64,000 bases of DNA from an uncultured Ignavibacteriales bacterium (GTDB lineage Bacteria; Zixibacteria; MSB-5A5; GN15; FEB-12), in assembly GCA_964544635.1 (NCBI GenBank), contig CAZJCK010000004.1:1790-65789 (forward strand). Direction: 5' to 3'. Numbering within the stretch: position 1 is the stretch's first letter; each line of letters begins with the position of its first letter. Positions 55,802 to 64,000 of the stretch are shown here, piece after piece. The translations under genes were made by a program, and so were the position numbers. The notes beneath the pieces are model-generated. The model was given only the letters and a program-made list of their open reading frames with translations. It ran no database searches and had not been told where the DNA came from.

Positions 55802-58800
55802 TTACTGCGGCGGACGGGGGCCGTAATTGTAGAGATAGTTGACAAGATAAGCGAGATCGGCAGGATCCACGATTCCACTGCGATCAACATCGCAGCGCTC
55901 CCACGGATCGGGCAGGCCGCCGCCGCGATACAGGTGCTTTGCGATGATGATCACATCGTTGAGTGTGTACACCTCGTCATCGTCGCTGTCACCCCGCATG
56001 AAAACTCCTACCTGGTAACTGATAATCAATACGGTGGAGTCGACGCCATCCGAGGCGGTTACCGTAACGTCATATGAATTACCAAGTTGGACACTGTCGG
56101 GGGCGAACATCAGGGTGGCCGTGCCGTTGCCGTCGTCGACTATCGACATGTTCGGCGCCAGCGCCGAAGTGGAGTACATGATCGAATCACCCTCGCGATC
56201 CTCGGCCTGAATGACCACTTCGTTGTCCAGTCCGAGGTAGGCGCCCTTGTTCAGCGGCGGATCGTTGACAATCGTCGGCGCCTGATTGCCGGCATCGACA
56301 ACGGTAAATTCAACAACCTCGGTCGAGATTCTGAAGGTCGGGTCAAACGCCTCGATCGTCAGCGAATAGGTGCCGGCCTGCGCAAAGTTGGGCGAGAAGC
56401 TCATGTTGTAGACCAAGCTGTCGCCGAGCAGGGCGACAAAGCTCAATGTCGCATTCGTCGGTGGATTGACCAGCCGCGCCGAATCAGGCCGGGCATCGAC
56501 ATCCCAGATATAGACCGTCGAGAACCAGCTCTCACCTTCATCAAGGGTGAACGGTCCGGTGCCCTCAGAGACACGAATGGTGGGCGGCTGCGGCACATCG
56601 AATACCCTGATCAACTGAGAGTTGACCGGCGAGACAAGCGTAGGATCGAGCTCGTCAACAGCCTGGAAGTCGATGTTGTATCGCCGCGGTGTCGGCGCCG
56701 CACCCTGGGTGTAGCTGGGGATAAAGGTCAGGTAGCCGAAGCCGTTGCCGGAGTCGACGAACGTCATGTTGTCGGCCAGCGAATCAGTACCCTGAAGTAC
56801 CGCGGTCAGGCTGGGCACAGTCGAATCCGGATCGATGCCGCGCATGACGAAGACGAGGGTGTCACCCTCGGCGACAGTATCCTGCTGGCTGAAGGTGCCC
56901 TCGATAACGAACGGCGCGCGGTTGGTATCGATGACCGTGATCTGGACGATCGTGGAATCGATATCGAGCACGCCGCCATTGGCGACGCCGGCCGTATCCT
57001 CGGCATAGAAGGTGATATTCCAGACACCGGCCTGAGTATCGTTGGGCACCCAGTTGAAGAAGCCGCTACCGTCGTCAAGATCGGTGTAGTCGGCGCCGAG
57101 CGGCAGGTTGCCGGCGGTCATCTGCGGAATGTCACCGTCGACATCGGTCGCCGTCATCGTGAACTGCAGGCTCTTCAACTCGGTAATCGAGGTGTCGGCC
57201 CGCGGATTGATGACCGGCGGCTGGTTGCCCGCTTCGTCGTAGGTCACGATCATGTCGGTTGTATCGGCAAGCGTACCATCGGATACCCAGACCTCGACGA
57301 TATAGACGCCGGCCATGGTGAAGTCGGGCGACATGGTGATCTCGGCAGTACCGTCACCGTTGTCGGTGAAGGTGAACTCGGGCGGCTCCGTTCCCTCAAT
57401 GACGCCGATGGTAACCGGCAGGGTATCGGGATCGGAGGCGTAGATCGTGTCGGCAACCGTGGTGCCTTCGACAACCACCGGGTTGGGCAGGGTATCGAAG
57501 ACCGGTACCTGGTCGCCGGCATCCGCGACCTGGAAGAGGACAACTTCCTTATCACTGGCCAGGCCGTCGAGCGCCTTGAAGGTCACACTGTGGAGACCGG
57601 ACTGGATAAAGTCGGGCGTCCAGGTGAAGACGGCTGTACCGTCGCTGTTGTCGGTAAACTCAGCGCCGCGCGGCAGCTTGGTGACATCAAAGAACGGCGT
57701 GGTGCCGTCGGGATCAGTGGCCGCCAGGTTGAGCGTGACGGTTTCACCCTCGGTGAGCACCTGCGGTCCAATCGGGGCCAAAATCGGCGCCTGGTTGGCT
57801 GCGAGCACCTCGATGTCGACCGTGATCTGCGACGACAGCTGCGGCGTACCCTCGTCAACGACAAGGAACTGCACGCCTAACGAGCCTTCCTGTCCGGCCT
57901 GTGGTGTGAACCGGAAACTGCCGGTGCCATTACCGTTATCGGTGAACGTGGCATTCGGCGGCAGACTGACAACCGACAGGAACAGGATATTGAACGGGTT
58001 CTGGTCGGTGGTGTCGCTGGCTTCGATGGTGAACTCCAGCAGGCCGTTGACTTCCACGGTGAACGGGCCGACCGGTTCGATTACCGGCGCCTGGTTGTTC
58101 TCGTTGGTGACTACGGCCGTGCGCAATGTTTGGGTCACCTGTGGCGTGCCGTCGTCGCGCGCGAATATGATCAGCGAGTCGACGCCGGCATCGAAGAAGT
58201 TCGGCGTGTATGTCAGCAGCGCCGTACCGTCACCATTGTCGACGAACGTATAGTTCTGCAGCGTCGTGTTGATCGAGATCGTCACGGCGCTACCTTCGGG
58301 ATCGGTGGCGGTGATGGTCACCTCGAGCGTATTCCCCTCGGTAACCGCCAAAGTACCGAGCGAATCGATGACCGGCGGCTGGTTGCCCGATTCGGTGACG
58401 CTGATGGTCACCACTTCGGAGTCGGTTGCGGCGCCGTCGGTGGCAAAGAAGGTGACGTCGTAGCTGCCGGCCTGGGTGAAGTCGGGAGTCCAGGCAAACT
58501 CACCGGTGCTGTCGGTGAAGACGGCGCCGGTCGGCAGGGCCGAGGTTGAGAGTGTCGGGACGGTGCCGTCGGCATCGCCGGCAGTAACCGTGAAGGCCAG
58601 CAGGGTGCCCTCGGCAATCGACTTGTCACCAATCGAATCGAGCACCGGCGGCTGGTTGCCGGCATCGAGCACGGTGATGGTCACCACTTCGGAATCGGCA
58701 ACACCGGCATCGAGAGCGTCGATCGCATAGAAGGTTACATCGTATGAACCGTCCTGGGCGAAGGTTGGTGTCCAGTCGAACAGGCCGGTACCGTCGCCGT

Positions 58801-61618
58801 TGTCGACAAAGGTCGCGCCGGCCGGCAGGGCGGTGGTTGACAAGAGCGGCGTATCGCCGTCGCCATCCGAGGCGATCACCCCAAAACTGAGGGGCAGGCC
58901 CTCGCTGGTCGATTGCGGGCCAATCGCGGTCAGGACCGGCGGTTCGTTGACGTCGTTTATTGTAATCGTGACAACTTCACTGTCGACCGCCGTCGGCACA
59001 GCACCGTCGGTGGCATAGAATGTCACCTGGTAGACACCGGCGTCGGTGTAGGTCGGGGTCCAGTCGAAGGCGCCGGTACCGTCGCCGTTGTCGACGAAGG
59101 TCGCACCGGTCGGCAGGGCCGAGGCGCTCAAGATCGGCGTATCGCCGTCGCCGTCGGTGGCACTGACCGGGATGTTGAGCGGCACCGCTTCATCCGACGT
59201 CTGGTCGCCGATGGTCGTAAGGATCGGCGGCAGGTTCTGGTTGGTGACGGTAATGGAGACGACCTCGGAGTCGACCGCCGCCGGGAAGGCCGGGTCGGTC
59301 GCGTAGAAGGTCACCGCGTAGATGCCTGAATCGGCAACGGTGGTTGCCCAATCAAACGTACCGGTACCATCACCATTATCGGTAAAAGTCGCCGCACCCG
59401 GCAGCGTGCTGGTGCTGAGGACCGGGATCTCGGTATCACCGTCAGTGGCACTGACGCCGAAGTTGAGTACGTTGCCCTCGAGCACTGCCTGATCGCCAAT
59501 TGCGGCCAGAACCGGGAGCTGGTTGACGTTGTTTACGCTTATCGTCACCTGCTCGCTGTCGACGGCAACGCCATCGCTGGCGTAGAATGTCACAGCGTAG
59601 GTGCCGGAATCGGCGAAGGTCGGCGTCCAGTCAAAGGTGCCGGTACCGTCGCCATTGTCGAGGAAGGTGGCGCTGCCCGGCAGGAGGGTGGTGCTCAGTG
59701 CCGGGATAGTACCGTCAAGATCGCTTGCGCTGACGCCGAAGGTCAGGTTGACGTTTTCATCGGTCGTTTGATTGCCGATGGCGGCCAGCTCAGGTGCCTG
59801 GTTGCCGGCATCGGCCACCGTGATCGTCACCGTCTCCGAATCAGCAGCCGTGCCGTCGGATGCTACAAATATGACATCGTATGAACCGGCATCATCGAAG
59901 TCGGGCGTCCAGTCGAACGTACCGGTACCATCACCGTTGTCAGTGAAGATGGCCGTACCCGGCAGCGGCGACGCACTGAGCGCCGGATTGGTGCCGTCGG
60001 GATCGGAGGCGCTGACTCCGAAAGTTAACAGTGTGCCCTCGGTCGTACCCTGGGCGCCGATGGCGGCCAGGTTCGGGGTCTGGTTACCGGCATCGTTCAC
60101 CGTGATAGCGACCACCTCACTGTCGGAGGCGGCGCCGTCGGTAGCGATAAAGGTTACGTTATAGTTACCCGCCTGTGTAAAGTCGGGAGTCCAATCAAAC
60201 GTACCGCCGCCGGAACCATCGGGCGTGAAGGTTGCACCGGTCGGCAGGTTTTCAGCCGACACGGTGGGAGTAGTTTCATCCGGGTCGGACGAGCTGACCG
60301 CGAAGTTGAGATTTACATTTTCGGTCGTAGTTTGAGCACCGATGGCGGCCAGGACTGGAGACTGGTTGCCCGCTTCGGTGACCGTTATCACCACCTGTTC
60401 CGAGTCGACCAGTGACGGTGCGACGGGATCGGTAGCGTAGAAAATGACATTATACGTGCCTGCTTCGGTAAAGCCGGGCGTCCATGCAAAGTCGGCGGTA
60501 CCATCGTTGTTGTCGATGTAGGTCGCCGAGCCTGGTAGTGCGGAGCTCGTCATGACCGGGAAACCGCCGTCGGCATCGGAGGCGGATGCCGTGAAGTTGA
60601 GCGGTTGTCCTTCGACAACAGATTGTGAGCCTATAGCCGCCAATACAGGAGGTGTATTGGCTTCGTAGGTGTAAGCGTCGGCCAGCGTATTCGAGGCCAG
60701 GCCGGAAGCGCTGTTGGTCACCGTGACATCGGCCGTACCGGCGGTTGCCGCCTGGGTCGTGCCGGTGATTTCATACGGCGAGACGACTGTCACGTCGGTC
60801 AGGGCAGCCGAACCGACGACAACCGAGACACCTGCCGGGTCGAAGCCGGAACCGGTGATGGTAACATCGGTGCCACCGAGCGCCAAACCGGTGGTCGGCG
60901 TGATGTCGACCAGGACCGGCGCGACCGAACTGCTGGAGTTGGCCGTCACGATCGCCGAGTGCGGCGAATAGTTGCCCGAACCGTCTTCCGCGATCACCAC
61001 ATACTGGTACGAGCTGGCACCGTCAACCGTGGCATCGACAAAGAAGCTGTCAACCACTCCGGGGTCGGAGAGTTGACCGGCGGTATTGTCGATCCGGAAG
61101 AACGAACCGGTCGAGGTGCCCAGGCGCCGATAGACGTGCATTGTCTGGCCGGGCACATGATCCCATGAGACGACGACGGCCGATGACGAGATGGTGGTGG
61201 TGGTCAGGCCGGACGGTTGGCCGGGCCAGGATACCGTTTGCAGCAGAATATTCTCCTGCTGGAACGAGTTGTTCGGTATCGTCTTGTTCAGGTGGAAGCC
61301 TTCGGCGCGCGACGCATTGTAGAAGTAATAGTCGTACGGATTGCCGGGAGCTTCCGTGAGGTAATTCTGGAAATCATCGAACCAGTTACCGTCATCGTAA
61401 CCCGCGCCGGTCGAAGTTTCGATTCGAATCTCTTCATCGGTATCATCCAGGAAACCGAAGAACGAGATGTTGCCGTTTGGTGGTACGGTGAGGTCAGCGT
61501 TCTGGACGGTACCGAAAATCGATCCCTGAGCCGCTGCCGTTAGCGGAATAACCGCAATGGCAGTGACAGCCAGAACGCACAGTCTCACTAACCGCACCAA
61601 CTGTCTGTTCGTTTGCAC
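55802..61618 (-). CDS. giant secreted adhesin-like protein: FN3-like + IPT/TIG + about 16 cadherin-like/Ig-like repeats + dockerin-like C-terminus
   Basis: Inside ORF 55802..61651. I prefer GTG 61618 because GGAGG lies 7 nt upstream, giving the signal peptide (M)QTNRQLVRLVRLCVLAVTAIAVIPLTAAAQG. There are sixteen repeats of about 95 aa ending ...GTGTFDWTPDF(T/A)xAGxYxVTFxAxD.... The IPT-like segment reads ...ITPTTGLALGGTDVTITGSGF.... The tail is ...GDSDDDEVYTLNDVIIIAKHLY...CDVDRSGIVDPADLAYLVNYLYNYGPRPPQ. Confidence 0.85.
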   Translation of the reverse strand: MQTNRQLVRLVRLCVLAVTAIAVIPLTAAAQGSIFGTVQNADLTVPPNGNISFFGFLDDTDEEIRIETSTGAGYDDGNWFDDFQNYLTEAPGNPYDYYFYNASRAEGFHLNKTIPNNSFQQENILLQTVSWPGQPSGLTTTTISSSAVVVSWDHVPGQTMHVYRRLGTSTGSFFRIDNTAGQLSDPGVVDSFFVDATVDGASSYQYVVIAEDGSGNYSPHSAIVTANSSSSVAPVLVDITPTTGLALGGTDVTITGSGFDPAGVSVVVGSAALTDVTVVSPYEITGTTQAATAGTADVTVTNSASGLASNTLADAYTYEANTPPVLAAIGSQSVVEGQPLNFTASASDADGGFPVMTSSALPGSATYIDNNDGTADFAWTPGFTEAGTYNVIFYATDPVAPSLVDSEQVVITVTEAGNQSPVLAAIGAQTTTENVNLNFAVSSSDPDETTPTVSAENLPTGATFTPDGSGGGTFDWTPDFTQAGNYNVTFIATDGAASDSEVVAITVNDAGNQTPNLAAIGAQGTTEGTLLTFGVSASDPDGTNPALSASPLPGTAIFTDNGDGTGTFDWTPDFDDAGSYDVIFVASDGTAADSETVTITVADAGNQAPELAAIGNQTTDENVNLTFGVSASDLDGTIPALSTTLLPGSATFLDNGDGTGTFDWTPTFADSGTYAVTFYASDGVAVDSEQVTISVNNVNQLPVLAAIGDQAVLEGNVLNFGVSATDGDTEIPVLSTSTLPGAATFTDNGDGTGTFDWATTVADSGIYAVTFYATDPAFPAAVDSEVVSITVTNQNLPPILTTIGDQTSDEAVPLNIPVSATDGDGDTPILSASALPTGATFVDNGDGTGAFDWTPTYTDAGVYQVTFYATDGAVPTAVDSEVVTITINDVNEPPVLTAIGPQSTSEGLPLSFGVIASDGDGDTPLLSTTALPAGATFVDNGDGTGLFDWTPTFAQDGSYDVTFYAIDALDAGVADSEVVTITVLDAGNQPPVLDSIGDKSIAEGTLLAFTVTAGDADGTVPTLSTSALPTGAVFTDSTGEFAWTPDFTQAGSYDVTFFATDGAATDSEVVTISVTESGNQPPVIDSLGTLAVTEGNTLEVTITATDPEGSAVTISINTTLQNYTFVDNGDGTALLTYTPNFFDAGVDSLIIFARDDGTPQVTQTLRTAVVTNENNQAPVIEPVGPFTVEVNGLLEFTIEASDTTDQNPFNILFLSVVSLPPNATFTDNGNGTGSFRFTPQAGQEGSLGVQFLVVDEGTPQLSSQITVDIEVLAANQAPILAPIGPQVLTEGETVTLNLAATDPDGTTPFFDVTKLPRGAEFTDNSDGTAVFTWTPDFIQSGLHSVTFKALDGLASDKEVVLFQVADAGDQVPVFDTLPNPVVVEGTTVADTIYASDPDTLPVTIGVIEGTEPPEFTFTDNGDGTAEITMSPDFTMAGVYIVEVWVSDGTLADTTDMIVTYDEAGNQPPVINPRADTSITELKSLQFTMTATDVDGDIPQMTAGNLPLGADYTDLDDGSGFFNWVPNDTQAGVWNITFYAEDTAGVANGGVLDIDSTIVQITVIDTNRAPFVIEGTFSQQDTVAEGDTLVFVMRGIDPDSTVPSLTAVLQGTDSLADNMTFVDSGNGFGYLTFIPSYTQGAAPTPRRYNIDFQAVDELDPTLVSPVNSQLIRVFDVPQPPTIRVSEGTGPFTLDEGESWFSTVYIWDVDARPDSARLVNPPTNATLSFVALLGDSLVYNMSFSPNFAQAGTYSLTIEAFDPTFRISTEVVEFTVVDAGNQAPTIVNDPPLNKGAYLGLDNEVVIQAEDREGDSIMYSTSALAPNMSIVDDGNGTATLMFAPDSVQLGNSYDVTVTASDGVDSTVLIISYQVGVFMRGDSDDDEVYTLNDVIIIAKHLYRGGGLPDPWERCDVDRSGIVDPADLAYLVNYLYNYGPRPPQ
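56044..60649. repeat. coding tandem-repeat array (about 285-291-nt period, about 16 units) within the giant adhesin gene
   Basis: Recurrent near-identical stretches occur, for example ...GCCGGTACCGTCGCCGTTGTCGAC(A/G)AAGGTCGC... at about 58786 and about 59074 (288 nt apart). The central units (about 58.4-60.4 kb) are the most similar. Boundaries are approximate. Confidence 0.8.
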
Positions 61619-61686
61619 TACCAAACCTCCAGTCGTGAAGTAAACACGCACGTTTTTCCTAATCTTACATCCTCAACCAGGCGGCC

Positions 61687-64000
61687 TTATGGCGCCGGGA
61701 ACGTCCCGGTGCCGGCGGCGTTGGCCTGGTACGGCTTCCCGGCTCGCACCGGGAAGTTGGTGCCGAAGCCGACCGCGAACCGTGATTCATAGTTCTGCGA
61801 ACCGGCTACGAAATTATTCAAGGTGTTCAGCAGGCCCGGGACGTTGTCAATGACATCCTGCGCTACGCTGAACTGGTCTTCATACTCAAACGGAATCAGT
61901 ATGTAGTTAAAGTCGGTGGTGGCCGTCGTTATGATCGGCGAAGACACCGATCCCGGATCAGGCACCGAACCGGCGACACTGAAGACGGTCGCGGCGCGGG
62001 CGTTGATCTGGTAGACACCGCCGACGGTTACCGCGAAGTTGACACCGAAGCCGGCCGCGAACCGCGCCTCCCAGCTTTGCGAGGAAGCGTTGTAGTTGTT
62101 GGCCGTATTGACATTAGCCGTGCCGATGGCGGCGATGAGGCTGACGGCGTCGGTAATGCCGGTGTTTTCAAACGGTATGGCCACCAGGTTGAAGTCGGCA
62201 GTGGCCGTGGTTACCAACTGGTAATCATACTGACCCACACGGTTCGACACCAGCGAACGGTTGCCGTAGATGTCGACCGCTTCAACGACATAGAAGTAGT
62301 TGGTCGTGGTGTCGCCAACCACATCGGCGCCGTCGATATTGTTATCCGTAAAGCTTGTCGTAAATTCGTCGGTGACGCCGATCGAGTCGATGGCGCTCGG
62401 CGTGAAGTACGCCCGGGTGCCGCGATAAATCGTGTAATGATCGACATTCGTCGGCAGGCCGCTGGTATCGACAGTGGCGGCGCTCCAGGCAAGCTGGATG
62501 TCGTCGCCGGCGATGCTGATCGCCAGATCCGTAATCGCCTGCGGCGGGGCGGCGTTGACCGCCTCGATCGCCACCGTGTCGGGCGCCGAGGAGTCGATGT
62601 TGTCATCCACCACCAGCTCGAACTCGTAAATGCCGATCTCGTTCGGCGTGAAGGTCGGGCCGGCCGTCGTCGCACCGTTGAGGCTGGTCGACGGTCCGGC
62701 GACCTGGGTCCAGGTGTAGTTCAACGGATCGTTGTCGGGATCCGAGGAAGCGGTACCGTCGAGCGTTACCAATTGACCCAGCGGAATCTCGAATTGATCG
62801 GGACCGGCCTCGGCCGTCGGGGTACGGTTAGCGTCACCCACCGTAATCGTCACCAGTTCGCTGTCGGCGGCGAGGGTATCATCCTCAGCGATGAACAGTA
62901 CGTCAAAGGAACCGGCGTCGACAAAGCCGGGCGTCCAGTCGAAGGTACCGGAACCGTCGCCATTGTCGACGAAGGTGGCATTGCCCGGCAGGTTCTCGGC
63001 GCGCAGTGACGGTGTGTCTTCGGCGTCGGTGGCGGTGACGTCAAAATTCAAGTTGACCGTCTCCTGCGTACTGCGCGGCCCGATCGGATCGAGCACCGGC
63101 GGCTGGTTGCCGACTTCGTTGACGGTGATCGACACCGCTTCGCTGTCGGCAGCGCCGGCGCCGTCGGATACGTAGAACGTCACGCTGTAAACGCCGGACT
63201 CAATATAGCTCGGTGTCCAGTTGAACTCACCGGTGCCGTTGCCGTTGTCGACGAAGGTCGAGGTGCTCGGCAGCGTCGACGTCGTGAGCGTGAGCACGTC
63301 GCCGTCGATATCGGCTGCCGAGACCGGGATGGTCAGTTGCACCGCTTCATCGACCGACTGCGCACCGATAGTAGCGAGGACCGGGGCGTCGTTGACGGCG
63401 GTTACCGTGAACGTCGCCGGATCGGAGTCAAACAGGCTGCCCGGGTCGGTGGCGGTGAAGGTGATCGTCTCGCTGCCGTTCCAGTTGACATCCGGAATTG
63501 TGATGGTAGCGACGCGGTTGGCATCGATGCTGACCGTCAGCTCGGTTTCACCGGAGGTCGTCCAGGTCATTTCGGCGTCGGTATTATCAAGATCGCTCAC
63601 GAAATCGTCGAGCGTTATAGTCGCAAAGGCGGCGCCTTCCGCAATCGTCTGGTTCGGGATATCGGTGACAACCGGGGCGTCGTTGACGGCGCCAACCGTG
63701 AACGTTGCCGCATCGGCATCCGACAGTGCGCCCGGATCGGTGGCAGTAAACGTGATCGTTTCGCTGCCGTTCCAGTTGACATCCGGGATACTGATCGTGG
63801 CGACGCGGTTGGCATCGATGCTCACGGTCAGCTCGGTTTCGCCGGTCGCCGTCCAGGCGATGGTGCTGTCGGCGTTGTCGACATCGGACACGAAGTTGTC
63901 AAGCGCGATGGTCGCAAAGGTGGCGCCTTCGGCGATGCTCTGGTCGGGGATATCGGCAACAACCGGTGCGTCGTTGACAGCGGTCACGGTGAACACCGCC
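61687..64000 (-). CDS. large secreted repeat protein (5' end outside window): cadherin-like repeats, PKD-like and FN3-like domains, C-terminal tandem unknown domain
   Basis: ORF 61687..63996 stays open to the window edge. It has VNDAPVV...NWNGSETITFTATDPG 97-aa repeats and two ...F(N/D)WTP...YSVTF... repeats like the downstream gene. The PKD-like region reads ...LDGTASSDPDNDPLNYTWTQVAGP.... The FN3-like region reads ...HYTIYRGTRAYF...NYFYVVEAVDIYGNRS. Only 35 nt (or 68 nt using the preferred GTG 61618 start) separate it from the giant adhesin gene. Confidence 0.8.
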   Translation of the reverse strand, partial: AVFTVTAVNDAPVVADIPDQSIAEGATFATIALDNFVSDVDNADSTIAWTATGETELTVSIDANRVATISIPDVNWNGSETITFTATDPGALSDADAATFTVGAVNDAPVVTDIPNQTIAEGAAFATITLDDFVSDLDNTDAEMTWTTSGETELTVSIDANRVATITIPDVNWNGSETITFTATDPGSLFDSDPATFTVTAVNDAPVLATIGAQSVDEAVQLTIPVSAADIDGDVLTLTTSTLPSTSTFVDNGNGTGEFNWTPSYIESGVYSVTFYVSDGAGAADSEAVSITVNEVGNQPPVLDPIGPRSTQETVNLNFDVTATDAEDTPSLRAENLPGNATFVDNGDGSGTFDWTPGFVDAGSFDVLFIAEDDTLAADSELVTITVGDANRTPTAEAGPDQFEIPLGQLVTLDGTASSDPDNDPLNYTWTQVAGPSTSLNGATTAGPTFTPNEIGIYEFELVVDDNIDSSAPDTVAIEAVNAAPPQAITDLAISIAGDDIQLAWSAATVDTSGLPTNVDHYTIYRGTRAYFTPSAIDSIGVTDEFTTSFTDNNIDGADVVGDTTTNYFYVVEAVDIYGNRSLVSNRVGQYDYQLVTTATADFNLVAIPFENTGITDAVSLIAAIGTANVNTANNYNASSQSWEARFAAGFGVNFAVTVGGVYQINARAATVFSVAGSVPDPGSVSSPIITTATTDFNYILIPFEYEDQFSVAQDVIDNVPGLLNTLNNFVAGSQNYESRFAVGFGTNFPVRAGKPYQANAAGTGTFPAP
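63399..63980. repeat. two 291-nt coding tandem repeats (VNDAPV-type units), probably continuing beyond the window
   Basis: The exact 25-mer CGCTGCCGTTCCAGTTGACATCCGG occurs at 63471 and 63762 (291 nt apart), and the exact 23-mer GCGACGCGGTTGGCATCGATGCT occurs in both units. Confidence 0.85.

Noticed and set aside
56044-64000. Regular repeats of about 290 nt that could superficially suggest a CRISPR or satellite array.
   Set aside because: The period is a multiple of three and the repeats lie entirely inside long open reading frames. The units are 285-291 nt with no short conserved repeat/spacer alternation. They encode Ig/cadherin-like protein domains.
1-64000. Search for tRNA, rRNA, tmRNA, RNase P, CRISPR arrays, transposases, integrases, phage or toxin-antitoxin/defence genes.
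   Set aside because: I could not find T-loop/acceptor-type sequences or conserved RNA cores in any intergenic region, and no ORF shows recombinase, transposase, nuclease-defence or phage structural signatures. By-eye scanning cannot exclude small or divergent RNAs.

Overview
64-kb, gene-dense, high-GC bacterial chromosomal segment (about 60% G+C in the coding lines I counted by hand). I call about 55 protein-coding genes. I recognised no rRNA, tRNA, CRISPR array, integrase or transposase.

A classical T9SS type-A C-terminal sorting domain (NYPNPFNPTT...) and several dockerin-like C-termini suggest an uncultivated FCB-superphylum lineage (Zixibacteria/Ignavibacteria-like). That placement is inference only.

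Content, left to right:
1. A minus-strand cluster led by a Memo+AMMECR1 fusion, with two SDR epimerases, a class-V PLP enzyme, a small membrane protein and a small OMP-like protein.
2. A beta-propeller lipoprotein gene with a sigma-54-type promoter and two palindromic upstream sites, divergent from an SBP-like / histidine kinase / sigma-54 activator operon.
3. A TetR-TolC-HlyD-2xABC-2xABC2 efflux operon.
4. A six-gene operon of unclear pathway: HD, fused aconitase-family, nucleoside-phosphorylase-family, PrpD-family, GDPD, SDR.
5. An NfeD/SPFH pair, a methyltransferase, and an OsmC-DUF302-small membrane-FmdB operon divergent from a Crp/Fnr gene.
6. A cysteine-desulfurase-like enzyme, a GT4 glycosyltransferase and an orphan tetrahaem cytochrome c.
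7. A GGDEF-NagZ-AnmK-SpoIID-OmpA(TSP3)-2H-phosphoesterase operon.
8. A 427-bp non-coding gap, an exported beta-helix membrane protein, and a GH35-like/GGT pair.
9. From 47.8 kb to the window end, five large secreted-protein genes with their own promoters and terminators and unusually long AT-rich leaders.

My best candidate for an undescribed system is cluster 9. A small T9SS-sorted protein with a cohesin-like body sits next to three proteins carrying two-segment dockerin-like C-termini: an S8 protease that also has a cohesin-like module, a BNR/Asp-box protein, and a 1,938-aa adhesin with 16 cadherin-like repeats. This could be a T9SS-anchored cohesin-dockerin surface-display module. That reading rests on by-eye motif recognition and needs profile and structure checks.
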